From assembly GCA_019894975.1 (NCBI GenBank), contig JAGXNO010000011.1, positions 1 to 64,000 of the forward strand: a stretch of DNA of 64,000 bases. Reading direction: 5' to 3'. The notes below the pieces were generated by a model. The model ran no database searches. It saw only the letters and a list, made by a program, of their open reading frames with translations, and had not been told where the DNA came from. Positions 9,184 through 18,739 of this stretch are shown here, one piece after another; position 1 is the first letter of the stretch; each line of letters starts with the position of its first letter. The stretch is from Promethearchaeota archaeon (GTDB lineage: Archaea; Asgardarchaeota; Lokiarchaeia; Sigyniarchaeales; SOKP01). Both the position numbers and the translations under genes were made by a program.

Positions 9184-10461
9184 ATTCCAAATAAAAAAGA
9201 TGATTCTAATAAGGAAGAATTTAAGTGTCGCTTTATGGAATGGGGGATTATTAATCAAGAGAATTTCAAAGATATTTATGAAATACCTATTAAGCGATGG
9301 GATCCTCTATCTACAGTAAAGATTACTTCAGAAGAATTCGGTCTTCGAAGTGAACGTACTAGATATTATGGTCATTATTCTTATATATCTCCTATTCGAG
9401 GTGCAAGGCCGAAAGGTTTTAAATCAGAAGAAGAAGAAAAAGAATTTTATGATTGTTCAAAAAAAATACTAAAAAAGCATAAAGATGTCTTTACTTCGGT
9501 TATAGAAGGAAAACAAGCTTATGATGAGTGGGGTATGCCGATTGGTGATGGCTATACATTGGTTATTACTCAAGATGAAATTCGAAGAGATAATCCTTTC
9601 TCTAAGAAACCACATCAGATTGAAAAAATACCAGAGGCAACAAAAGCATTAACACTAATTAATAGATATCCTTCAATGGCTAGAATAGTTGATAGTGATA
9701 TCGAGAAAGATGTAAAAGATAAATTACCTTCTCATTTAAAACTATCAAAAGGAATTAATCTGGTTACCATTTCAAGGCATTTTTATCCTTCTTTATGTTT
9801 CAATCTGATTCCTACGGATGTATTAGCTGGAATTTTTCTTTCTATGAAAGCCGCAATTCTTTATTGCATAGAAGAGGCGATTGAGAAGGATTATTATGAT
9901 ATACCCGTTATACCCTTCTTCAATATTGGGAAGGAAGTTGGCGGTTCACAACCTCGCATTCATAGCCAAACCTATATAGATTTGAATATGGATGGACATG
10001 GAAGCCGTCTAGAAGGATATCTTGAAGCATTTAAAGAAATGGGAGATGGCTGCCATCTATGTAAAACATCACATGGTAATACAGATAGAATTATCCTTAA
10101 ATCTGATTTTTGGACCTTTTATAACACCGGAAGTCCAGTAAGGAATTATCATATCAGATTTCATCCAAACGAACACATTAGACGTTTTTCGCAATTAAAA
10201 ATTAATCAAATTGAAGACTTGGCTTATTCTTTAAAATTAATTTTTCAAGCGTTAGATGATATAAACATTGATAAAAATCGAAATATCCTATTTAATTGTT
10301 GCCCCTTTGGGTATGATGCTAATTTTCATATGTTTGCGGATATTATTCCTCACGAGACAATTGGAGGGCTCGAGTTGGCTGAGGACATGAGAGTCGCTCG
10401 CAAGTTACCACATATCGCAGCAAAAGAAATCAGAGAATCATTGGAGAAATATTCTAAATGA
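9184..10461 (+). CDS. GalT/HIT-like nucleotidyltransferase (galactose-1-phosphate uridylyltransferase family)
   Basis: RWDPL, NRYPS, FFNIGKEVGGSQPRIHSQ (GalT N-x-G-x3-G-x-S-x2-H-x-H-x-Q motif), CHLC and GGLELA. The ORF track starts at ATG 9235; the frame is open back to ATT 9184, which follows GAGGT. Confidence 0.75.
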   Translation: MPNKKDDSNKEEFKCRFMEWGIINQENFKDIYEIPIKRWDPLSTVKITSEEFGLRSERTRYYGHYSYISPIRGARPKGFKSEEEEKEFYDCSKKILKKHKDVFTSVIEGKQAYDEWGMPIGDGYTLVITQDEIRRDNPFSKKPHQIEKIPEATKALTLINRYPSMARIVDSDIEKDVKDKLPSHLKLSKGINLVTISRHFYPSLCFNLIPTDVLAGIFLSMKAAILYCIEEAIEKDYYDIPVIPFFNIGKEVGGSQPRIHSQTYIDLNMDGHGSRLEGYLEAFKEMGDGCHLCKTSHGNTDRIILKSDFWTFYNTGSPVRNYHIRFHPNEHIRRFSQLKINQIEDLAYSLKLIFQALDDINIDKNRNILFNCCPFGYDANFHMFADIIPHETIGGLELAEDMRVARKLPHIAAKEIRESLEKYSK

Positions 10462-10609
10462 TTACTTGAAATAGCTCTTTATACTTTAATTTGATAACTT
10501 TTTTATATGAATTAAAATTAGATTTAAATCTATTGTATCTGTTATATATTATGTTTGTTTTCTTGTTGAATTCATATTCTATCTATCTAAAGTTAAAAGT
10601 TAGTTAAGT

Positions 10610-11761
10610 ATGGCTCGTGATTGGTCTGCTATAGTTCTGGCTGGTGGTAAAGGTAATCGTTTAATGCCTTTGACCTCTTTAATTCCAAAACCGTTAGTAA
10701 AAGTTACCAATGTTCCTATGGTCGATTATGCGATCGCACACTTAGTCTTTGCTGATATAAAGCATATAATACTTGCATTAGCTTATAAAGGAGATGTATT
10801 AAAAGATTACATAAAGAAAACTTGGACTCCCGATAGACTTGGAGATGTTGAGTTGGAATGTGAAATACAAGAAAGTAGGGGTACAGCTGATGCATATAGA
10901 TTATTAACAGATAATGTGGATTCGGAGAATGTTGCTGTAAGCATGGCAGATATTGTCACAAACCTTCCTATGAAAGATTTTATGAATTTTCATTCTGAAA
11001 AAGGAGGGATAGCTACTATTTCAATGAAAACTGTTGATAGTCATACTTCTCAATATGGTGTAGTTCTTTTAGATAAAAATCGTAAGATCTATCTCTTTTT
11101 GGAAAAACCAGCCCCAATGGAATTATATGTAAGCAGTATGGCCCAGAGAGCTGATCTTTTTCTGCATACTAATATAATTAATACGGGAATTTATTGTTTT
11201 AATCGGGATATAGGAAATATTCTTCATGAAACTGCTTTAATGGATTTCGGTAGTGAACTTTTTCCATATTTGCTTGAAAACCAATTTGACTTATATGGTT
11301 TTGTCAGAAATTATTACTGGATGGATGCTGGAAATTCCACTACATATTTATGGGCAAATTGGGACTTACTTCGGAAATACGCGTGGCCTATTTTGCCTAG
11401 TGGTGTAGAATACGACGGAATTTACGTGATAGGGATTATCAACTCTGGACAGAATATTGAAATTCAAAAACCAACTTGTTTTGGGGAAAATGTTCAATTA
11501 GAAAACCGTGTGAAAATTAAGGAACTCACCTCAATAGGACAAAATGTAATTATCGGAGAAGATAGCGTACTTGAAAAAAGTGTTGTATGGGATAATGTTA
11601 CGATCGGAGCGGGATGCATTATTACAGAAAGTATAGTTTGTAACGATTGTGAAATTGGCGATAACGTTGTTTTAGAAAGAGCCATTATTGCCCCAAATTG
11701 TAAAATTGAGAATAATTCCCAACTGAGAGATAAAACTTTAGAGCTAGGGACAGTATTGTAA
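10610..11761 (+). CDS. NDP-sugar pyrophosphorylase (mannose-1-P guanylyltransferase/GlgC-like) with C-terminal left-handed beta-helix
   Basis: LAGGKGNRLMPLT..PKPL, GTADA, FLEKP, YWMDAG and hexapeptide repeats. Confidence 0.9.
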   Translation: MARDWSAIVLAGGKGNRLMPLTSLIPKPLVKVTNVPMVDYAIAHLVFADIKHIILALAYKGDVLKDYIKKTWTPDRLGDVELECEIQESRGTADAYRLLTDNVDSENVAVSMADIVTNLPMKDFMNFHSEKGGIATISMKTVDSHTSQYGVVLLDKNRKIYLFLEKPAPMELYVSSMAQRADLFLHTNIINTGIYCFNRDIGNILHETALMDFGSELFPYLLENQFDLYGFVRNYYWMDAGNSTTYLWANWDLLRKYAWPILPSGVEYDGIYVIGIINSGQNIEIQKPTCFGENVQLENRVKIKELTSIGQNVIIGEDSVLEKSVVWDNVTIGAGCIITESIVCNDCEIGDNVVLERAIIAPNCKIENNSQLRDKTLELGTVL

Positions 11762-11863
11762 CCCATAGTTCATTATAAAGAGTAGTAAAATGAAGTAAAG
11801 AAATTCCTCTTTATGAAGGGCAAAAATGAAATACTTATATAATTGAGATGAATAAATAATATC

Positions 11864-12274
11864 ATGTCGCCACCATACTGCATAGAATGCGGGAAAGAAA
11901 TTGAGGAATCTTGGAATGCATGTCCTATATGTGGAAAAGCTGTTAGGGGAAGAGAAGCACCTCAACCTCAACCAGTTGCAAAACCACAAACGCAACCACC
12001 GCAATATCAAACACGTCCATATCAAAGATCCTATTCCATGGGAGGTAAAAATTCATATGGAGCAGTTGCCTTAGTTTGTGGAATTATTGGTTTATTTTGT
12101 GGCGGAATTATTTTTGGAATAGTAGCACTAGTTATGGGGGGTCTTGGATTAAATAGGGATGAAAATTCTAGCATGGCAACAATAGGGTTAGTTATAGGTA
12201 TCATAGATATCGCTTGCTTCTTTATTGGTTGGTTCTGGATTTTTTCATGGTTTTCATGGCCGTTCCCTTTTTGA
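11864..12274 (+). CDS. Zinc-ribbon plus DUF4190-like membrane protein
   Basis: CIECG..CPICG, P/Q linker, ALVCGIIG...GIVALVMG..GL and A.IGLVIGII helices. Confidence 0.75.
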   Translation: MSPPYCIECGKEIEESWNACPICGKAVRGREAPQPQPVAKPQTQPPQYQTRPYQRSYSMGGKNSYGAVALVCGIIGLFCGGIIFGIVALVMGGLGLNRDENSSMATIGLVIGIIDIACFFIGWFWIFSWFSWPFPF

Positions 12275-12322
12275 TAAAGAAACTTGAGTACTGAAAGATG
12301 AAAAAAAATTTTCTATGAAATT

Positions 12323-13048
12323 TTGTGTGAATTTGGTTCTTTTGGATTGTATATAGAATGTAAGGTGAAACAGATAAAATATAACCAAAATAATGAACAA
12401 ATAGAAAATGTAAATTCAGATTCAGGTATTCAAAAACATCCAAGGAAGATAAAAAAGTTTTTACTGTATGGAAAAAGTTTTATCCCCTTTTTTTTAAGTC
12501 ATCATCCAGAATGTGAAAATTTCAAAGGCCACACAATTAATTGTGGTAAAATTAGGTTATGTATAGGGTGTTTCATAGGATATCCAACAGCGATTATTAC
12601 TATTTTCCTACTGGGAATATTTGATAATAATAATCTCTTTAGTTCTGATTTCTTTCTTATTCTAAGTCTTGTCTTTTTGGGAACCTTCTTCCTTAGTTTA
12701 CTAAATCTTACAAAAATTAAAATAATTAAAATCATACAAAAATTTCTCATAGGTCTAGGAGCTGCATTGTTATTTAATTGGCTAATGGAACGCCCCTCAT
12801 CGAGAAATGCGAATTTAAGAACGACCTTTGTAATTTTTTATGGGATATTAATTATATTAAATTTATATCATGCCTATGGCATTATGGGTTCTTGTTATAG
12901 ATGTGAAACACCGTTTAATTGGGGAGTATGCTCTGGTTTTTGTAAAATAAGAGAAAGGATGAAAGTAAATGATTTAGATAACTTCCTTTTAAACTTTGAG
13001 AGTTTTTCACTTAAATTGCTAGAGAGGAGGGCTAGGAAGAAGAAGTAA
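12323..13048 (+). CDS. Membrane protein with Cys/His motifs (DUF2085-like); true start uncertain
   Basis: SHHPEC...LCIGCFIGY followed by 4 TM helices and a C-terminal CYRC...C..FC. Confidence 0.55.
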   Translation: MCEFGSFGLYIECKVKQIKYNQNNEQIENVNSDSGIQKHPRKIKKFLLYGKSFIPFFLSHHPECENFKGHTINCGKIRLCIGCFIGYPTAIITIFLLGIFDNNNLFSSDFFLILSLVFLGTFFLSLLNLTKIKIIKIIQKFLIGLGAALLFNWLMERPSSRNANLRTTFVIFYGILIILNLYHAYGIMGSCYRCETPFNWGVCSGFCKIRERMKVNDLDNFLLNFESFSLKLLERRARKKK

Positions 13049-13105
13049 TTTAGTAATATACTATAAATACAAGGAATAAATTGATATTATAACTATATTT
13101 TAACT

Positions 13106-14704
13106 ATGTCTCTTGGATATTTTGGCTTAATTTTGCATGGGCATATTCCTTGGTGTAAAAAATCAGGGAGATGGCCTGCAGGAGAAGAATGGCTATTCGA
13201 GGCTATGAATGAGACGTATATCCCTTTTTTGAATGTTTTAAGAGATCTTAAAGAAAGGGGAATAAAAACAGCTTTAACAATTAATATTACTCCAATATTG
13301 GCTGAGCAATTAGCGGATGAATATATGAAGCAACGATTCTCAGAATATATGGAGGATCTAATTTCGCGAGCTCAAAATGATATTAAACGGTTTGAAAACC
13401 ATCCCCAAAGAAAAGCAATAGCAGACTTCCATTTAAGAAATTTAGAATTTACATTAAATACGTTTTATAATTATTATTATAGAGATATATTGGGAAGTTT
13501 CAAATGGCTCCAAGACGAGAGCATGATTGAATTAATTACATGCGGTGCAACGCACGGCTTTTTACCACTTCTTGAAAGTGATTCAGGAATATTTTCTCAA
13601 ATTCAATTAGCTGTGGACACTCATAAAAAGCATTTTGGAAGAGAACCTAAAGGTATTTGGTTACCTGAATGCGCCTATAGACCAAAAGAATACAAGAATG
13701 GTAATGTTAGAGAAAGCATAGATTATTGGGTACACAATTCGGGTATTGAATATTTTTTTGTAGATAGTCATGGAATCCTTAATGCAGAGATTATTGAACG
13801 AAAAAATGATGTAGGTTTAAACACAAATTTTGGTTATAATCTAGAAACAAATGTTTCAGCTTTCGGACGAAATAAAAACACAAGTAGACAGGTATGGGAT
13901 GCAAAAATAGGGTATCCTGGTAATGAATATTATAGAGAATTTCATAAAAAAGATTATGAATCGGGGCTGCATTATTGGAGAATATCTGATAGGAAGCAAA
14001 AAGGAGAAGAAAATAAAGAATTATATAACATTGAAAAAGCAATTGAACAAGTAGAATTTCATGCTAATGATTTTATAGGCCTTTTAGAAAAAGAACTTCA
14101 AACCTTTTCAGATGATAATAATCTTACAGGAATTATTATTTCACCCTATGATTTTGAGTTATATGGGCATTGGTGGGGTGAAGGAATAGTTTGGTTAAAG
14201 AAACTTATTGAAAATATCAATGAGAACCGAAATATTGAAATGATAACTATTTCAGATTACAGATCTAGATATAAAGACAAATTTTCGATTATTACAATGA
14301 AGGAAAGCAGCTGGGGAATGGGGGGACACTTCGAAGTATGGAAGAATCCAGAACATGGATGGATTTGGTCTTATATAAATGCATCAATTAAAGAATATGA
14401 AGCTGTTTTAGAAATTAGTCCAAACCCAAACGAATGGGAGCAAAGGGTTCTTGAGCAAATTGCTAGAGAATTGCTTTTAATGGAGGGAAGTGATTGGTCG
14501 TTTTTACTTTATACAGAACAGGCAAAGGAATATGCTAATCAAAGATTTCACCACCATCATCAAAGATTTCTTAAATTGATTTGGGCTGCGAAAGATTTTA
14601 ATGACAAAAATAGAATTACATTGAGAGAGTTAGAAGAAATTGAATCGATAGACTCATGTTTTCAAGAGATCTCTATTGACTATTTCAGGAAAAAGGAATC
14701 CTAA
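13106..14704 (+). CDS. GH57 1,4-alpha-glucan branching enzyme (copy 1)
   Basis: LHGHIPW, ETYIP, CGATHG, WLPECAY (nucleophile Glu), PYDFELYGHWW (acid/base Asp), SDWSF. Confidence 0.92.
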   Translation: MSLGYFGLILHGHIPWCKKSGRWPAGEEWLFEAMNETYIPFLNVLRDLKERGIKTALTINITPILAEQLADEYMKQRFSEYMEDLISRAQNDIKRFENHPQRKAIADFHLRNLEFTLNTFYNYYYRDILGSFKWLQDESMIELITCGATHGFLPLLESDSGIFSQIQLAVDTHKKHFGREPKGIWLPECAYRPKEYKNGNVRESIDYWVHNSGIEYFFVDSHGILNAEIIERKNDVGLNTNFGYNLETNVSAFGRNKNTSRQVWDAKIGYPGNEYYREFHKKDYESGLHYWRISDRKQKGEENKELYNIEKAIEQVEFHANDFIGLLEKELQTFSDDNNLTGIIISPYDFELYGHWWGEGIVWLKKLIENINENRNIEMITISDYRSRYKDKFSIITMKESSWGMGGHFEVWKNPEHGWIWSYINASIKEYEAVLEISPNPNEWEQRVLEQIARELLLMEGSDWSFLLYTEQAKEYANQRFHHHHQRFLKLIWAAKDFNDKNRITLRELEEIESIDSCFQEISIDYFRKKES

Positions 14705-14716
14705 ATAAAGAACTTT

Positions 14717-15238
14717 TTACCTAATAACCAATACGTCGCATTGTGCATTTTCTACAACATACTCCGCAACTGAACCCATTAAAACTTGATCTAACTTGGA
14801 ATGCATCCCTGTTATCCCAACTATAACAAGATCAAAGTTTTTCTTCTTTACAATTCTTTCAATATATCGTTCAGGATCCTCTTTAATTATCAATCGTGTT
14901 TTAACAGGTACTTGGACCTCATCAAAGAAAGCCTTTGTTCCGTTTAAAATATCTTCACCTATTTTTTCAACCTCTTGGTCAGTTAGAATCTTAATATTTG
15001 GATCATGTTCACTCCGTATTTTTACACCATCAGATGCTGTAGTCACATCAAAATAGGCATTAGAAGTATAAGGAACTGTCCATCCATGGGAAGGAGGTGA
15101 AACTTTTTCCGCCATGTGCTTAATAGAATGAAAGATCCTAATTTCACAACCCCATTTTTTATAAAATGCCGTAATCACTGCGGTAGCTCTTCGCATATGG
15201 GTTGATCCATCCGTTGCTAGTAGAATTTTCTTATACAT
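14717..15238 (-). CDS. Universal stress protein
   Basis: MYKKILLATDGS...DLVIVG..G...MGSVAEYVV..AQCDVLVIR. Confidence 0.92.
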   Translation of the reverse strand: MYKKILLATDGSTHMRRATAVITAFYKKWGCEIRIFHSIKHMAEKVSPPSHGWTVPYTSNAYFDVTTASDGVKIRSEHDPNIKILTDQEVEKIGEDILNGTKAFFDEVQVPVKTRLIIKEDPERYIERIVKKKNFDLVIVGITGMHSKLDQVLMGSVAEYVVENAQCDVLVIR

Positions 15239-15442
15239 ATAATCACTCTCAGATTTTACTTGAGAAGAATTAGCAAATCCTAATTATTAAACTTGCTTTC
15301 TTTATTTTATAAAATCTACCTAATGGATAAGGTCTAGAACTTAAGATTTATATTCAAATAACTAATAATTTGGAATAGACATCTTTATTACCGCTCTTGG
15401 TTTAATAGAAAATAGTTAAAAATAGCCATAGGTGAGTATCTT

Positions 15443-15853
15443 ATTTATAATAAAATATTAGTTGGGATTGATGAATCAGAAGAATCTATGAAAGCAGCTA
15501 AGCGTGTGATAGAAATTCAAAAAGAATATGGTGGAGATGTAGTTGCATTTCATTCAGTTCTACATGGTTTCGCAAGTAGAGAATCAGTTAAAGAAGATGA
15601 CATAACCCAAGGTAAAAAAGTTTTAAGCGATGCCAAGAAACTTTTTAAAGATGCAAATCTTACAATTGAAACTAGATTGATAAAAGACGTTCATCCCGAA
15701 GATTTCATAAGGGATGCCGTTGAAAAGGAAGAATTTAATCTAGTAGTGCTTGGTAATAAAGGAAAACATAAATTATTGCGCCGTGCAGTCTTAGGATCTG
15801 TCCCTACGAAAGTAATGAATAGCGTTTTATGTGATGTTTTAGTAGTAAGATAG
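15443..15853 (+). CDS. Universal stress protein (probable ATT start at 15443)
   Basis: The upstream in-frame extension reads (I)YNKILVGIDESEESMKAAKR, the conserved USP first strand. LVVLGNKG...LGSVPTKV..VLCDVLVVR follows. The ORF track starts at internal ATG 15488. Confidence 0.88.
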   Translation: MYNKILVGIDESEESMKAAKRVIEIQKEYGGDVVAFHSVLHGFASRESVKEDDITQGKKVLSDAKKLFKDANLTIETRLIKDVHPEDFIRDAVEKEEFNLVVLGNKGKHKLLRRAVLGSVPTKVMNSVLCDVLVVR

Positions 15854-15885
15854 ATTTTTGTATCAATAATAGATTTATGGACGAC

Positions 15886-16650
15886 TTATTTGTTAGAATA
15901 CCTTCGTTGTCTAAGAATTTCAAATCCAATTATAACTGCTGCCGAATTAACCGGGAGAGATCCCCCAAATTCTCGCTCATAAGGAATGGTAAGCCTTAAA
16001 TTTGCATTATCTAAAAAATTACGATTAATACCTCTTTTTTCACCCCCAATTACTATAAATAACGGGGGTTTCAGATTACTTTGATATATTGACTGACCTT
16101 CATCTTTATCAGTACAAGCAATTATGTAATTTTTGGATTTGAAGAAATTAGTCGTTGTTTCAAGATCTTCAACTAACGCCATCGGCATTAATTCTGAGGT
16201 ACCGGCGGAAGATTTAATAATTATTCCTTCCACATCAAGCCAACTTCTCTGGTTCATCACAATTCCATCTATTCCTGCGGCATACAATGACCGTATTGTA
16301 TGGCCAAGATTATAAGGATCTTCAATTCCGTTTAAAAAAAAAAAAATGCCAGGTTTTGATTTTAAAAGTTCAGGTATTTTTTGGAAGATTCTCTCACTTA
16401 CAATAGCAGCAATTCCGCCGTGAGTCTTCCCAATTACATGTTTTTCAAACCAGTTTTGATCCACTGCTTCAATCTTGATATCTTGGGATTTTCCTGATTC
16501 TATAGTTTCCTTGAGAGATCTTGCTCGCTTTGTATTCCTTTTCCTCTTGAGTTTAGCAACATCATAAAATATAGTCAGAACCTTACGATATTGGGAATGC
16601 AAAACTGCATCTACAGAGATTTTACCCTCAACTACAATAGAAGTTGGCAT
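15886..16650 (-). CDS. SpoU/TrmH-family RNA 2'-O-methyltransferase (RlmB-like)
   Basis: IEDPYNLGHTIRS, KSSAG, IGGEKRGI and SLPVNSAAVIIGFE. Confidence 0.88.
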   Translation of the reverse strand: MPTSIVVEGKISVDAVLHSQYRKVLTIFYDVAKLKRKRNTKRARSLKETIESGKSQDIKIEAVDQNWFEKHVIGKTHGGIAAIVSERIFQKIPELLKSKPGIFFFLNGIEDPYNLGHTIRSLYAAGIDGIVMNQRSWLDVEGIIIKSSAGTSELMPMALVEDLETTTNFFKSKNYIIACTDKDEGQSIYQSNLKPPLFIVIGGEKRGINRNFLDNANLRLTIPYEREFGGSLPVNSAAVIIGFEILRQRRYSNK

Positions 16651-16842
16651 TTTCTTTTACCTTTAATTACAAGGATTATAAAATAGGTTTATATCGTTTT
16701 GATAAATTATTTTGTAAGTTCTTCCTATATTATCTTACTTTTATATACCTTACTATTTAAACCTACTCGGACTGCTCTTTTGCCCTCTCACCCTACAAAA
16801 AAAAGATATTAAAATAGAAAAAGTTAGATTTAAGAATATGTT

Positions 16843-18555
16843 TCATTTTTTCGCAAATGGTTCTAGGTCTAATGCTGCAAATAAATCATCATTTGCTTCA
16901 ATAGAACCCAAGAAGTGCCACTCCCCTTCATCTATATTCTGTCCCGTGCCATATCTTGAGGCCATGTCGTATAGCCGATTGAAGTTTTCGTAGTGTAGGG
17001 CTATTCTGTTTTCCGCATAATCACGTGCTGACCATGTTGTGATTAAGAATGGCCAATCGGAGCTTTGTAAGAGGAGAAGTTCTCTTGCCATTTGTTTTAA
17101 AATCTTTATGAGGTTTGGATCATGTGAGTCCTTATATTTCGCAATGATAACTTCACTTTTAGCTTCGCATTCGTAGATAGCGCGCCAAGTGTCGGTCGTC
17201 CATTCATTCAACCAGACCCAATGGGATGATGCTTGACCCCAAGATCCCTCTATTATGCTTACTACCTTATTTGGGGGATTCTCTTCAAGATATAACCTTG
17301 TATTCGTTAGACTTATTTCAGGATCATCTTCTATCCATCGAAGAACACGTGCAATCCACCAATTTCCCTCAAACCACCAGTGTCCGAAAAGTTCTGCATC
17401 ATAAGGTGCTACAACAATGCCCGGCTTTCCATTCTTATTCTTATAATCCGTTAAAATATCTTTAACTAAGTTGACATAATGCCCCGCATTTTCATCCAGT
17501 TTTCCAGGAATATCTTCTGGCCAATATAGCATTTTCTTCCCTAAATCTAACTTAGCTTCAGTCACCTTCCAGTAACGAAGACCTCCCGGGTAGTGTTTCT
17601 TATGAAAATCAAGATATTCCGCACATCCCGGATAGCCATGCTCTCCAGACCATACTACGATACCCGTCTTTTCATCTCTTGTGAAGAATCCTACTGGTGC
17701 AGGAGTGGAGGGATCGGTTGAAACCAAATATGGCTCATATTGCGATTTTTCAAAAGAAGTGGGAATTTCTTCATACTGAGAAGCAAACTGTTTCCATAAT
17801 TCAGCAAGTAAAGGAAATCGAGCGGCGTACACACCTTGTGATTTTCCACCAAGAAGTAATGCTGTATCAATAAAGAAATATTTCAATCCATTTTTAGCAA
17901 GATAATATTCAACTCCAGGACGATCAAATTCCTCACCAGTAATAGGGTTTTTCCATCGATATCCAGGACGGTAAGCACATTCAGGTAGCCATGCACCTGT
18001 AGGAGCTCTCCCAAAATGCCTTTTATAACTATCAACAGCTGTTTTAAACTGGGCATCAATAGAAGTTTCTTTAGAAAGTAGGGGTGCATATCCGTGAGTT
18101 GCTCCACATGTTATTATATCTAAAAATCCCATATCCTGTAGATTTTTATACGCACCTACAATATCCTTATTATATCTGTGAACAAAATCTTCCTTTACAT
18201 GAGAATAGAATTCTTGCCACCATTTAGTTAATTTAATTCTACTATCTTCGTATTTATTTTCGGTAAAATCTTTCTCATCGTGGTCAGCAGCATCTATTTT
18301 TTCATCGATATAACCAATAAACCCTTCTACAAAAGAAGGATGGCGAAGCATTTCACATAAAACAGGTGTAATCCCAAGAGTCATTTTTGGATGGTATCCG
18401 TCGTCAACTAATTTATAGAGTTCCATTAGTAAAGGTATATAAGTTTCTGATGCCGCTTCATTCACCCATGAGGTCCCATGAGGCCATATACCATGGTTTA
18501 GAACCCAAGGTAAATGAGCATGAAGAGTTAAGCAATAGCTACCAATTTCAGTCAT
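16843..18555 (-). CDS. GH57 1,4-alpha-glucan branching enzyme (copy 2)
   Basis: LHAHLPW, ETYIP, WLPECAYRP, PYDAELFGHWWFEG and QSSDWPF. Confidence 0.93.
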   Translation of the reverse strand: MTEIGSYCLTLHAHLPWVLNHGIWPHGTSWVNEAASETYIPLLMELYKLVDDGYHPKMTLGITPVLCEMLRHPSFVEGFIGYIDEKIDAADHDEKDFTENKYEDSRIKLTKWWQEFYSHVKEDFVHRYNKDIVGAYKNLQDMGFLDIITCGATHGYAPLLSKETSIDAQFKTAVDSYKRHFGRAPTGAWLPECAYRPGYRWKNPITGEEFDRPGVEYYLAKNGLKYFFIDTALLLGGKSQGVYAARFPLLAELWKQFASQYEEIPTSFEKSQYEPYLVSTDPSTPAPVGFFTRDEKTGIVVWSGEHGYPGCAEYLDFHKKHYPGGLRYWKVTEAKLDLGKKMLYWPEDIPGKLDENAGHYVNLVKDILTDYKNKNGKPGIVVAPYDAELFGHWWFEGNWWIARVLRWIEDDPEISLTNTRLYLEENPPNKVVSIIEGSWGQASSHWVWLNEWTTDTWRAIYECEAKSEVIIAKYKDSHDPNLIKILKQMARELLLLQSSDWPFLITTWSARDYAENRIALHYENFNRLYDMASRYGTGQNIDEGEWHFLGSIEANDDLFAALDLEPFAKK

Positions 18556-18739
18556 AATTTATCAATAAGTAAATTTAATTCATAGATTTTGAATGTAATA
18601 TATAATTTTACATATCTTAAATACTAAAAAGGAAGCGATAATTTTTAAAAATCGGTAAAGTTTTATATTGTCATTTAGTTAGGTATACTATATATTTTCC
18701 AATCAAAAATTAAATGTAAATTCACAGATGCAATTATAA

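Noticed and set aside
11135-11170. Hairpin with a 3-nt bulge (AGTATG-GCC-CAGAGAG...TTTTCTG-CATACT) in the NDP-sugar pyrophosphorylase as a second BHB intron
   Set aside because: There is no convincing second bulge, canonical cleavage would remove 28 nt and shift the frame, and the ORF is already open.
16334-16346. 13-nt A homopolymer in the RNA methyltransferase as a phase-variation site
   Set aside because: The frame is intact (IFFFL) and such runs are expected at this AT content; it would need read-level length variation to support.
16755-16800. Slightly GC-richer intergenic stretch as a small RNA or IS end
   Set aside because: No tRNA fold, C/D box pair, terminal inverted repeat or second copy found.
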